DNA of 62,253 nucleotides from Anaerolineae bacterium (GTDB lineage: Bacteria > Chloroflexota > Anaerolineae > UBA1429), in assembly GCA_041685915.1 (NCBI GenBank), contig JAWLEV010000002.1:1-62253 (forward strand), written 5' to 3'. Below the pieces are notes generated by a model that had not been told where the DNA came from, did not search any database, and saw nothing but the letters and a program-made list of their open reading frames with translations. The position numbers were made by a program, and so were the translations under genes. Positions 47,112-55,865 of the stretch are shown in pieces. The number at the start of each line of letters is the position of its first letter. Position 1 is the first letter of the stretch.

Positions 47112-47152
47112 GTAGAGGCCTGGTAGGCATTGATTGCAACTGAGAAGGAGGA
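47105..47152 (+). repeat. Direct repeat copy 2 (remnant of the paralog C 3-prime end plus the functional RBS of the DapA-like gene)
   Basis: cttcccgtagaggcctggtaggcattgattgcaactgagaaggaggat matches 46132-46179. Confidence 0.75.
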
Positions 47153-47156
47153 TACC

Positions 47157-48059
47157 ATGAAGGAAGGCTGGCGCGGCATTTTTTCTATTGCGGCAACGCC
47201 CTTTGATGAACAAGGGGAACTGCTCTTTGATGACCTGGCTCACATTGTCGATTGGATCGTTCGTGCGGGAGCCCATGGCGTAGTTTGGCCGGTGGGCCAC
47301 AGCGAATTTACTGCGCTCTCGCATAAAGAACGTATGCAGGGCACAGAAGTAGCGGTCGAGACGGTGGCAGGGCGGGCACCCGTCATCATCGGCGTCTCGG
47401 CCCAGTGCCGCCCGGAGGCCGTCTTCTATGCGGAGCGCGCCGGCGAGTGCGGGGCCGACGGGGTCATCGCCATGCTGCCCCGGGGGTTCGATGCCGGCAA
47501 ATACGACCTCATCCTCGCCTACTATAGGGAGATCGCCGAGGCTGCCGCGCTGCCCGTCTTTATCCAGAATCAGGGACCACCCTGGGCGGGGCTGCCGGCG
47601 GAGACCATCGTGCGGCTCTGTCGCGACATTCCCTTGGTCGAGTACGTCAAGGAGGAAAAGCCGCCCCAGACAACCTCTTGCCAGGAGATCCTCGATATCT
47701 GTGGCGACGACATGCGCGGCGTTTTCTCCGGCGGGGGCGGCTCCTGGCTCATCTCCGAGATGCAGCGGGGCATCAGCGGCTGCTTCCCGGGTTCCCCCGT
47801 GACCGATATCGTGGTGCAGGTATGGAATCTGTGGCACGATGGCGAGCGGAAAAGGGCGCGGGAACTGCACAACCGCCACGCCGCCTATATGAGGATCTGG
47901 CGGGGCATGCCCGCTGGCGCGCGTAAGCAGATCCTCGTCCGACGTGGCGTCATCAGCACAGCTTTTGTGCGTAACGAGGGCATCGCCGAACTGGACGATG
48001 TCGATTCCAAAGAGCTCGATTACGCCCTGGCGCTGCTGGCTCCCGATTTCACCGTCTAA
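47157..48059 (+). CDS. DapA/DHDPS-family class I aldolase or dehydratase (KDG-aldolase/N-acetylneuraminate-lyase-like)
   Basis: GIFSIAATPFDEQGEL...GAHGVVWPVGHSEFTALSHKER, about 300 aa, DHDPS-family layout; the exact reaction is unknown. Confidence 0.7.
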   Translation: MKEGWRGIFSIAATPFDEQGELLFDDLAHIVDWIVRAGAHGVVWPVGHSEFTALSHKERMQGTEVAVETVAGRAPVIIGVSAQCRPEAVFYAERAGECGADGVIAMLPRGFDAGKYDLILAYYREIAEAAALPVFIQNQGPPWAGLPAETIVRLCRDIPLVEYVKEEKPPQTTSCQEILDICGDDMRGVFSGGGGSWLISEMQRGISGCFPGSPVTDIVVQVWNLWHDGERKRARELHNRHAAYMRIWRGMPAGARKQILVRRGVISTAFVRNEGIAELDDVDSKELDYALALLAPDFTV

Positions 48060-48064
48060 CAAGG

Positions 48065-48109
48065 AGGGGCCATGGCGTCACCGCGAGTATGTGGTGGTCC
48101 ATGGCCCCT
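48065..48109 (+). terminator. Hairpin terminator after the DapA-like gene
   Basis: aggggccatgg / ccatggcccct form an 11-bp stem with a 23-nt loop, followed by ttcccctttacc. Confidence 0.45.
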
Positions 48110-48212
48110 TTCCCCTTTACCGTCGTCGACCTTCCCGTTCTTGACCGCTCCCCGCCGATCTCATATGCTAGGGCCAATACGATACGTTTTCTGAGATAAA
48201 GGAGGATCGAGC

Positions 48213-49295
48213 ATGGAGATCACGGGAGTAAAGGTCCACCATGTGGAATGGGAGCGCGGACCATACCACTGGCGCGATGGCATCATGCCCAACGACCCCA
48301 CGGGGCGGACTGGCCTGCTGCGCATCATGACCGACGAGGGTGTCGAGGGGCTTTCGCCCTATCGTGGGGGAGCGAACCTTGAGGAGGTCAAGTGGCAACT
48401 CGTGGGGGCTGACCCCTTGAATATAGAGCGCATATGGCAAGATTTTTGGCGCAATCTGCGCACCTCGCGTCTGGGAAGCGCCATCGGCGCCGTGGACGTA
48501 GCCCTCTGGGATCTGTACGGCAAGGTGTGTGATCTGCCCGTCTACAAGTTGCTGGGTGGCATGCGCGATCGCATTCCGGCCTATGCCAGCACGGTGACCC
48601 TGGACTCTATAGAGGAGTTCATGGAACTGGCCGACGACGTCCTGGAAAAGGGATACAGGGCCATCAAACTCCACGCCTGGGGACGGCTCGAGGAGGACGC
48701 CGCCCTGTGCAAGGCCCTCCGAGCAAAGGTGGGAGACGACATCACCCTCATGTACGACGCCTCCAGCATGTTCAACCTGTATGAAGAGGCCCTGTGGTTC
48801 GGGCGCCAGTTGGAGGAGGCGGACTATTTCTGGTATGAGGAGCCCATGGATCACTTTAATATCACCGCCCTGGCGCGCCTGGCTGAGGCACTGGATATCC
48901 CCCTGGCCACGGCGGAGGCCACCCATGGCGGCCCCTGGGACGCCCTGACACACATCAGTAATGGTGCGGCGGATATCATCCTCAGCGGTCCCCTGGACGA
49001 GTACAAGGGCGGATTCACCGGCGTCATGAAGACGGCCCACATCTGTGAGGGCTTTGGCATGATGTGCGCCATGCACGGAAGTTCCATCGCTTCGCTGCAC
49101 GCCGCCTGTGCCATCTATAACACGAAATACTTTGAGCGTCTGGTGCCCGCCACCTACTATACCCCGCCGGGGGTCAAGACGGCGGCCACGGAAATAGACG
49201 ACGAGGGGTATGCCCAGCCGTGGGATGATCCCGGCCTGGGACTGCGCATCGATTGGGACTGGGTCGAGGAGCATACGGTGGGCGTCGAGGAGTAG
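48213..49295 (+). CDS. Enolase-superfamily enzyme (MR/MLE family), paralog D
   Basis: LRIMTDEGVEGLS capping motif, barrel with EEP/metal-ligand-like segments (YEEPMDHFN); AAGGAGG RBS. Confidence 0.75.
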   Translation: MEITGVKVHHVEWERGPYHWRDGIMPNDPTGRTGLLRIMTDEGVEGLSPYRGGANLEEVKWQLVGADPLNIERIWQDFWRNLRTSRLGSAIGAVDVALWDLYGKVCDLPVYKLLGGMRDRIPAYASTVTLDSIEEFMELADDVLEKGYRAIKLHAWGRLEEDAALCKALRAKVGDDITLMYDASSMFNLYEEALWFGRQLEEADYFWYEEPMDHFNITALARLAEALDIPLATAEATHGGPWDALTHISNGAADIILSGPLDEYKGGFTGVMKTAHICEGFGMMCAMHGSSIASLHAACAIYNTKYFERLVPATYYTPPGVKTAATEIDDEGYAQPWDDPGLGLRIDWDWVEEHTVGVEE

Positions 49296-49420
49296 CAGGC
49301 GCGCCAGATTCCCGTCGGGATGGCTGCGTTTAATCCAGCGGGTCAACGTGGGGAGAAAAGGTGATATATGGAGAGACGAGCATCTCATTTTGGTAGGCGC
49401 CCATTTTATCGTGGCTTTGG

Positions 49421-49668
49421 GGTGCACGCAAATGTTGTAGCTGACTTACCATTCCCCGTCCGCGCAGGCGGCTTTAGGACTGCAGAATGGCAGCGCCATT
49501 CTGCCAGGCTACCGAGGGTGGCCCAATTGGCCGGTAGGCCTCAAACGCTGGCTTCAGAGGGGGAGGGATGGGGAACGAACGTCCCAAATATGCTCGGCGT
49601 AAAGCCCAGCGCTAAGGCGCTTCGCGCCGGGCGTCGACGCAGGTCGACGCGTCTGGGGAGCGTCTACG
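49421..49668 (+). repeat. Noncoding repeat element, copy A (weaker similarity continues to about 49750)
   Basis: Aligns to the reverse complement of 60901-61098. Shared blocks are CGTCCGCGCAGGCGG, GCTGGCTTCAGA, GGGGAACGAACGTCC and a 56-nt stretch ending GCGTCGACGCAGGTCGACGCGT. It carries a 53-nt hairpin insertion at 49472-49524. Confidence 0.8.
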
Positions 49669-49760
49669 GGTGTGCTTATGCTACTTGTGCTCTCAGACTC
49701 CTCTTTCTGCCACAGCCGATGATTTCAACAGACTTTGCGTGCATCCGCCTTTGCGTAACT

Positions 49761-49788
49761 TTGAAGTAGGAACAAAGACGCGTATAAT
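49761..49788 (+). promoter_or_regulatory. sigma70-like promoter of udg
   Basis: TTGAAG (49761-49766), 16-nt spacer, TATAAT (49783-49788). Confidence 0.5.
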
Positions 49789-49862
49789 TAATGAGGAAAG
49801 TCAAGAAAGCGTATGCTTTTGGGCTTTAAGTGAAGGATTTGTACCATGCGGGGAGGCCTGAG

Positions 49863-50465
49863 ATGCAGGAGCTCGAGAAGATCAGTGAACAGATTCGACA
49901 GTGTGAAAAGTGTCCCTTGGCAGAGGGCCGCACCCACGCCGTGCCGGGAACGGGACCGGCGGATGCCGACATCATGTTCATCGGAGAGGCTCCCGGCTTT
50001 CACGAGGACCGGCAGGGGTTGCCCTTTGTTGGCGCGGCGGGAGAGTTTTTGAACGAACTCCTCGCCTCCATCGGCCTCTCTCGTGAGGATGTATATATAA
50101 CGAACGTTATCAAGTGTCGCCCGCCAGGGAACCGTGATCCCCAAGCCGATGAGATAGAGGCCTGTCGGCCATATCTGGATAAGCAGATCGAGATCATCGA
50201 TCCCGAGATGATCGTCACCCTGGGTCGCTTTTCCATGCAGTTGGCCTTCTCCGATGTGACCATCACGCGCGTTCACGGGACGCCTAAACGGGTGGACGAC
50301 ATCCTGTATTTTCCCATGTTTCATCCCGCTGCTGCGCTGCATCAACCGCGGTATCGTCCTCTGATTGAGGAGGACATCAAAAAGATACCCGAGATCCTTG
50401 ATGACGTGGAATCCTTTGCAGTTGAAGAAAATTCAGAAAAACCAAAACAGTTAGGATTATTTTAA
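49863..50465 (+). CDS. udg: Family 4 uracil-DNA glycosylase
   Basis: CEKCPL, GEAPG and HPAAAL motifs; ATG at 49863 after GGGAGG (the ORF-track start at 49830 is a GTG). Confidence 0.85.
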   Translation: MQELEKISEQIRQCEKCPLAEGRTHAVPGTGPADADIMFIGEAPGFHEDRQGLPFVGAAGEFLNELLASIGLSREDVYITNVIKCRPPGNRDPQADEIEACRPYLDKQIEIIDPEMIVTLGRFSMQLAFSDVTITRVHGTPKRVDDILYFPMFHPAAALHQPRYRPLIEEDIKKIPEILDDVESFAVEENSEKPKQLGLF

Positions 50466-52124
50466 ATGTTTAACGAAACGCTATCTGAAGGAAAACTACG
50501 CCTGACCCCCCTGGGGGGTTTGGGCGAAATTGGACGTAATATGCTCGTCCTCGAATATGGGGAGAGCATCGTCATCATCGACGCGGGGTTCATGTTCCCC
50601 GAGGTCGACATGTTGGGCATCGACATGGTCATTCCCGATCTGAGCTACGTGTCCGAGCGGGCAGACCGCGTCGAGGCGGTGATCATCACCCATGGTCACC
50701 TGGATCATATCGGGGCCCTGCCCTATCTCATGGAAAAGGTCGATGCCCCCATCTATGCCACGCGGTTGACGCGCGGGCTGATCGAACTCAAAATGCACGA
50801 GAGCCACATCCAAAAGGCTGATATACGCCTTATCGAGGCCGGTGGTACGCTCAGTGTCGCGCCTTTTGATTTCGAGTTCTTCCACGTGAACCACAGCATC
50901 CCGGATGGCGTCGGTATGGCCATCGACACGCCCGTGGGACTGCTGGTGCACTCGGGAGATTTCAAGTTCGATCCTACGCCGGTGTACGATCGCCCCACCG
51001 ATTTGGGCAAGCTGGCAGAATTGGGGGAGCGAGGGGTGCTTCTTTTTCTATCGGACAGCACAAATTCCGAGACCCCCGGTCACACGCCATCGGAACAGGC
51101 CCTGGGCGAGACCATATCTCGCCTTTTCAACCGGGCCAAGGGGCGCGTACTTCTGACCACCTTTGCCTCCAACATCTCGCGCATACAGCAGGCCATGGAC
51201 ATCTCTCAGGAGTATGGCCGCCGCATCGCCGTGGTGGGTCGAAGCATGCGCGAGAACTTGGGCGTCGCCCGCGAGTTGGGATATCTGAAGGTGCCCGATG
51301 AGGCGCTCATCAATCTGAATCAGATCGACGATATACCCGATCACAGACTGACACTGCTCTGTACCGGGAGCCAGGGAGAACCCACCTCCGCCCTGGTACG
51401 TATGGGACAGAGGCGCTATCACTCTGTGAGCATCGTTCCCGGGGATACCATCATCATCTCTGCAAGCGCTATCCCGGGCAACGAGGAGCTCATCAACCGC
51501 ACTCTCGACAACCTGTTCCGCCTGGGCGCCGACGTCTATTACGATGAAATATTGGACGTCCACGTCTCGGGGCATGCCAGCCAGGAGGAGCAAAGGTTGG
51601 TCCTGAGCCTCGTGCGTCCCGAATATTTCGTGCCCATCCATGGCGAGTATCGCCACCTCGTGCTACATGGCAAGCTGGCGGAGCGGTGCGGCGTGGCGCC
51701 GGAGAACGTCCTGATCGCCGAGACGGGGGACGTGCTGGAGATCACCCCCTCACGGGTGGAACTTATCAAGGATATCCACGATCGCAACGTCTTTGTGGAC
51801 GGACGCAGCGTGGGCGACGTTGGACGCGACGTGATTGAGGAACGACAGGCTCTGGCCCGCAACGGTTTTCTCGTGGCCACCGTCATGGTGGACAAATATA
51901 CTGGCGGCATACTGGGGGAGCCAACCATCATCACGCAGGGCTTTGTCAAAAAGGCCGAATCGAAAGAGACCCTGGAGGGGATAAAAGAAGAGATCGAAGA
52001 GGCCGTCGAGGGCGGAGGCACGCGTGCAGAAATGGAGCGCAGCGTGCGGAGTCGCCTGCAGAGCTATATGTCGACGGCCCTTGGCCGGCGCCCCATCGTG
52101 ATCACAGAGGTCAAAAAGGTCTAA
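50466..52124 (+). CDS. rnj: Ribonuclease J
   Basis: Metallo-beta-lactamase HGHLDH motif, beta-CASP domain, C-terminal domain; 552 aa. Confidence 0.9.
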   Translation: MFNETLSEGKLRLTPLGGLGEIGRNMLVLEYGESIVIIDAGFMFPEVDMLGIDMVIPDLSYVSERADRVEAVIITHGHLDHIGALPYLMEKVDAPIYATRLTRGLIELKMHESHIQKADIRLIEAGGTLSVAPFDFEFFHVNHSIPDGVGMAIDTPVGLLVHSGDFKFDPTPVYDRPTDLGKLAELGERGVLLFLSDSTNSETPGHTPSEQALGETISRLFNRAKGRVLLTTFASNISRIQQAMDISQEYGRRIAVVGRSMRENLGVARELGYLKVPDEALINLNQIDDIPDHRLTLLCTGSQGEPTSALVRMGQRRYHSVSIVPGDTIIISASAIPGNEELINRTLDNLFRLGADVYYDEILDVHVSGHASQEEQRLVLSLVRPEYFVPIHGEYRHLVLHGKLAERCGVAPENVLIAETGDVLEITPSRVELIKDIHDRNVFVDGRSVGDVGRDVIEERQALARNGFLVATVMVDKYTGGILGEPTIITQGFVKKAESKETLEGIKEEIEEAVEGGGTRAEMERSVRSRLQSYMSTALGRRPIVITEVKKV

Positions 52125-52199
52125 ACCCTCGCCCACGCACGTATCGCATAATGGAGGGTGTTCCTCCAATGTTTATCTTTACCGCTAAGAATCTCGGCC

Positions 52200-54413
52200 A
52201 TGACCAGGCGCAAGCATAAGTCCGGAATCCGGCTTACGGGCACCCAGATGCGCTGGGTTACGGGCTTGTGCCTTTTGGCCCTTTCCACCCTCAGCTTTTT
52301 GGGGTTCTTTGCCCAGGATAGAGGCGTCCTGATCAGCCTTTGGTTGGGCGGGCTTTATGCTGTCTTTGGTCGTGGAGCCTATGTTATCCCTTTTGTCCTG
52401 GCCTTCTCCGGTTTGTGGATTCTGCTGGCGGGGATGGACAAATCACCCCCCTTTCCGTGGTCTCGTGCTGTGGGAACCATCCTCTGTTTTGCCTGTGGGC
52501 TTGGGCTAATCCATCTGTTCCTTCGGGAGCCGAAGCAGGCCATCGCCGGGCGGCAAGGGGGTGGCTATGTGGGATATGGCATAAGCAGAGGTCTGACCCT
52601 GGCCCTGGGAAAGCTTGGTGCGGCCATCGTGCTCATCACCGCCATCGGCGCGGGACTCATCGCGGCCCTGGAGATATCCCTGGACGAGCTCATTCGGGAT
52701 TCCGGGGAGTTGATTCGGAAAACATCTGGGTGGTTGGCACGTCGTCGCGCGTCGAGGACCCAGATCCGGGCGTCACAACGGGAACGAGAGACGCAGAAGA
52801 CGCCCGAGCCCCCCGCTGAGCGGCGGGAGAAGAGGTCTTTTTCCCCGCCCCAAAGAGGGCCCTCGCCCCCACCGCCCCCTGCCGAACCGGCCGTCGTCCC
52901 CGTGGAGGACCGGGTATTCCATCGCTGGAAACTTGGCGACATGGAAAAGATATTCGTCGAGCACGACGAGGAGCATATAGATGTCGCGGACATTCGCAAA
53001 AAGACGCGGATCATAGAAGAGACGCTACAAAGCTTTGGTGTGCCCGTGTCGGTGGTGGAGGTGAACCCCGGCCCTGTGGTCACTCAGTTCGGCCTGGCGC
53101 CCGGGTATATCGAGCGTCGGGGGCGCGACGGCGAGATGCGACGGGTAAAGGTCAAGGTAAACCATATCTCCCGCCTGGCAGATGACCTCGCTCTGGCCCT
53201 GGCAGCCTCTCCCGTGCGCGTGGAGGCCCCGGTGCCGGGCAAGGCCGTTGTGGGCCTGGAGGTACCCAACCGGGAGCCGGCCCTCGTCGATCTGCTGAGC
53301 GTCATGGGCTCGGATGCCTTTTGTGCTGCCGCCTCCTCGCATCTGGCCATCGGGCTGGGGCGGGACGTGTCGGGCAACCCCGTGGTGGCCGACATTGGTA
53401 CCCTGCCCCACCTCCTCATCGCCGGGGCGACGGGGTCGGGCAAGAGCGTGTGCATCAACGCCATGATCGCCTGCCTGCTGAGCCGTAACACGCCTGCCGA
53501 TCTGAGACTGTTACTGATCGACCCCAAACGCGTCGAACTTTCGGTATATGATGGCGTCCCCCATCTCCTATCCCCCGTGATCACCGATGTGGACGAGGTG
53601 GTGAGCGTGCTGGAATGGATCACTCAGGAGATGGATCGACGCTACAAGACGTTTGCGCGTCTGGGAGCGCGCAACATCGAGGCATACAACACTCTGGCGG
53701 GGGAGCGGGGCATGCACCGTCTGCCCTTTATCGTGACCTTTATCGACGAGATGGCCGATCTCATGTTGGCCGCCGCGGATCAGGTGGAGCGCGAGATCTG
53801 CCGCATCGCCCAGATGGCCCGCGCCACGGGCATCCACCTGGTCATCGCCACCCAGCGTCCCTCGGTGGATGTGGTGACGGGCACGATAAAGGCCAACTTT
53901 CCCGCGCGCATAAGCTTTGCCGTCTCCTCTCTCACCGATTCGCGCGTGGTTCTGGACAAGCCGGGGGCTGAGACGCTCCTCGGCAAGGGAGATGGCCTGT
54001 ACATGGCCCCCGACACCTCCGAACTCGTGCGCATGCAGGGATGCTACGTCTCCGACGAGGAGGTCTCGCGATTGGTGCGTTTTTGGAAGGATCAGGCTGC
54101 CAGAAGGACGGAGCGGCAGGCTGCTTCCCGGCCTTCTTCCCAGGATCTGGAGCAAGAAGCCCTCTGGCCGTCCCTGGAAGAACGTGAGGAAAGAGAGCCC
54201 GAGGATCCCCTGCTGGAACGGGCCATGGCCTTTGTCGCCACGAAAGAGCGCGCCTCCCTGACCATGCTGCAAAAGGAATTTCAGATCGGTTACAGCCGCG
54301 CGGGGCGCATCATGGACGCTATGGAGGAGCGGGGTATCGTGGGGCCGCCCACGGGTACGAGCAAGGCGCGTCAGGTACTTTTGCAATCAAGGAGCCAATC
54401 ATCCCATGACTGA
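52200..54413 (+). CDS. ftsK: DNA translocase FtsK
   Basis: N-terminal TM helices, Pro-rich linker, Walker A GATGSGKS, gamma-domain winged helix LQKEFQIGYSRAGRIMDAMEERGIV; start at 52200 (ATG) or 52158 (GTG). Confidence 0.9.
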   Translation: MTRRKHKSGIRLTGTQMRWVTGLCLLALSTLSFLGFFAQDRGVLISLWLGGLYAVFGRGAYVIPFVLAFSGLWILLAGMDKSPPFPWSRAVGTILCFACGLGLIHLFLREPKQAIAGRQGGGYVGYGISRGLTLALGKLGAAIVLITAIGAGLIAALEISLDELIRDSGELIRKTSGWLARRRASRTQIRASQRERETQKTPEPPAERREKRSFSPPQRGPSPPPPPAEPAVVPVEDRVFHRWKLGDMEKIFVEHDEEHIDVADIRKKTRIIEETLQSFGVPVSVVEVNPGPVVTQFGLAPGYIERRGRDGEMRRVKVKVNHISRLADDLALALAASPVRVEAPVPGKAVVGLEVPNREPALVDLLSVMGSDAFCAAASSHLAIGLGRDVSGNPVVADIGTLPHLLIAGATGSGKSVCINAMIACLLSRNTPADLRLLLIDPKRVELSVYDGVPHLLSPVITDVDEVVSVLEWITQEMDRRYKTFARLGARNIEAYNTLAGERGMHRLPFIVTFIDEMADLMLAAADQVEREICRIAQMARATGIHLVIATQRPSVDVVTGTIKANFPARISFAVSSLTDSRVVLDKPGAETLLGKGDGLYMAPDTSELVRMQGCYVSDEEVSRLVRFWKDQAARRTERQAASRPSSQDLEQEALWPSLEEREEREPEDPLLERAMAFVATKERASLTMLQKEFQIGYSRAGRIMDAMEERGIVGPPTGTSKARQVLLQSRSQSSHD

Positions 54414-55854
54414 TTCTACGCATCCCGCCGGCACAGGCGCAAACCGCATGGCAACCATCACCGGCGGACGGAGCGTGTTGGACGATAGACATATCCCAAA
54501 GCTCATATCCATCGTTGGTGAGGAACGGGTGTCGCGCCGAGAGTCCGATCTGACGGCCCATTCCGTCGATGAATCCTGGGCCGATCCCGCCCTGGCCGAC
54601 GTGGTCGTCTGGCCCCTCTCGACGGAGGAGATCTCCCGTATCCTGCGCTATGCCAACGAGGAGGACATCCCCGTCGTTCCCTGGAGCGGCGGTTCGAGCC
54701 TGGAGGGCAATCCCATACCCGTTCAGGGAGGCATCCTCCTCGCCCTCTATCGCATGAACGAGATCGTGGAGGTTCGGGATGCCGATCTTCAGGTTGTGGT
54801 GCAACCGGGGGTCGTCTACGATGATCTCAATGCGGAACTGCGTCGTCTGGGGATGTTCTTTCCCCCTGCGCCGGGCAGTTCGGACGTGGCCACCATCGGG
54901 GGTATGGTGGCCAACAACTCCAGCGGGATGCGCTCCGTCAAGTACGGCGTCACGCGGCGCTACGTACTCAAGCTCAAGGTGGTTCTCCCCGATGGCAGGG
55001 TCATCGTCGCCGGCAACAACGCCAAAAAGAGCACCAGCGGTTATGATCTTGTTGGATTGTTCACCGGCTCCGAGGGCACGCTGGGTGTGGTGGCCGAGAT
55101 CACCCTGCGGGTGACGGGGCTGCCAGAGAGCGTTGCGGCGGCCGTCATCCCCTTTGATACCCTACCTGAGGCGACCTCTGCCGTCTACGAGTGCGCTCGT
55201 TATGGGCTGGAGGCCTCGGCCATAGAGTTGTTGGACGCCCCCGTCATCCGCGTCACCAACACCCAACAGGGGCTCTCCCTGTTGGAAAAGCCCACCGTCT
55301 TTGTGGAATTCCACGGCACCGACGTCTATGTACAGGATCAGGTGGAGTATTTAAAAGAGATCGCCCACGATAACGGCTGTCTCGACTTTCAACTGGCGAC
55401 GGATTACGAGGCGCGGGAGGAGCTCTGGCGCGCGCGGGAGGCGGCCCACGATTCCATGAAGGTGAGTCATCCGGGATGCACCATGATCGCCGGGGATGCC
55501 TGCGTGCCCATCTCCAAATTTGGCGAGGTCGTCCGGTTCGCCCACGATCTTGCCGAGGAGACGGACGTCACCATCTATGTCTTTGGTCATGCCGGAGACG
55601 GCAACCTGCACACCGAGGCCATAGGCTATCGGGACGACGAGGAACAATTCGCCAGGGCGGTGGAGGCCACCGACGCCATCGTCAACCGCGCCCTCGAGGT
55701 GGGGGGCACGGTGGCCGGCGAACACGGCATCGGATTCATGAAGAGGCATTTCATGGACCAGGAACATGGCGAGAGCCTAAAAGTGATGCGCAGCATCAAG
55801 GATCTCTTTGACCCCAAGGGGATCATGAACCCCGGCAAGGTCTTTCCGGCCTAG
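54406..55854 (+). CDS. FAD-binding oxidoreductase (GlcD / D-lactate dehydrogenase family)
   Basis: FAD_binding_4-type N-domain (VVWPLSTEEISRILRYANEEDIPVVPWSGGSSLEG) and C-terminal FAD-oxidase domain. Confidence 0.8.
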   Translation: MTDSTHPAGTGANRMATITGGRSVLDDRHIPKLISIVGEERVSRRESDLTAHSVDESWADPALADVVVWPLSTEEISRILRYANEEDIPVVPWSGGSSLEGNPIPVQGGILLALYRMNEIVEVRDADLQVVVQPGVVYDDLNAELRRLGMFFPPAPGSSDVATIGGMVANNSSGMRSVKYGVTRRYVLKLKVVLPDGRVIVAGNNAKKSTSGYDLVGLFTGSEGTLGVVAEITLRVTGLPESVAAAVIPFDTLPEATSAVYECARYGLEASAIELLDAPVIRVTNTQQGLSLLEKPTVFVEFHGTDVYVQDQVEYLKEIAHDNGCLDFQLATDYEAREELWRAREAAHDSMKVSHPGCTMIAGDACVPISKFGEVVRFAHDLAEETDVTIYVFGHAGDGNLHTEAIGYRDDEEQFARAVEATDAIVNRALEVGGTVAGEHGIGFMKRHFMDQEHGESLKVMRSIKDLFDPKGIMNPGKVFPA

Positions 55855-55865
55855 GGGATGATGTC

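Noticed and set aside
49368-49769. A 133-aa ORF over repeat copy A, and 98-aa and 70-aa ORFs (61067..61363 and 61026..61238) beside copy B.
   Set aside because: The reading frame is not preserved between the two repeat copies, there is no RBS, and the composition is atypical. They are treated as noncoding.
54406-54413. An 8-nt overlap between ftsK and the FAD oxidoreductase, a possible fusion or frameshift.
   Set aside because: Both proteins are complete. FtsK ends after its gamma domain, and the oxidoreductase has an AAGGAG RBS 11 nt upstream of its ATG. This is ordinary ATGA-type coupling.
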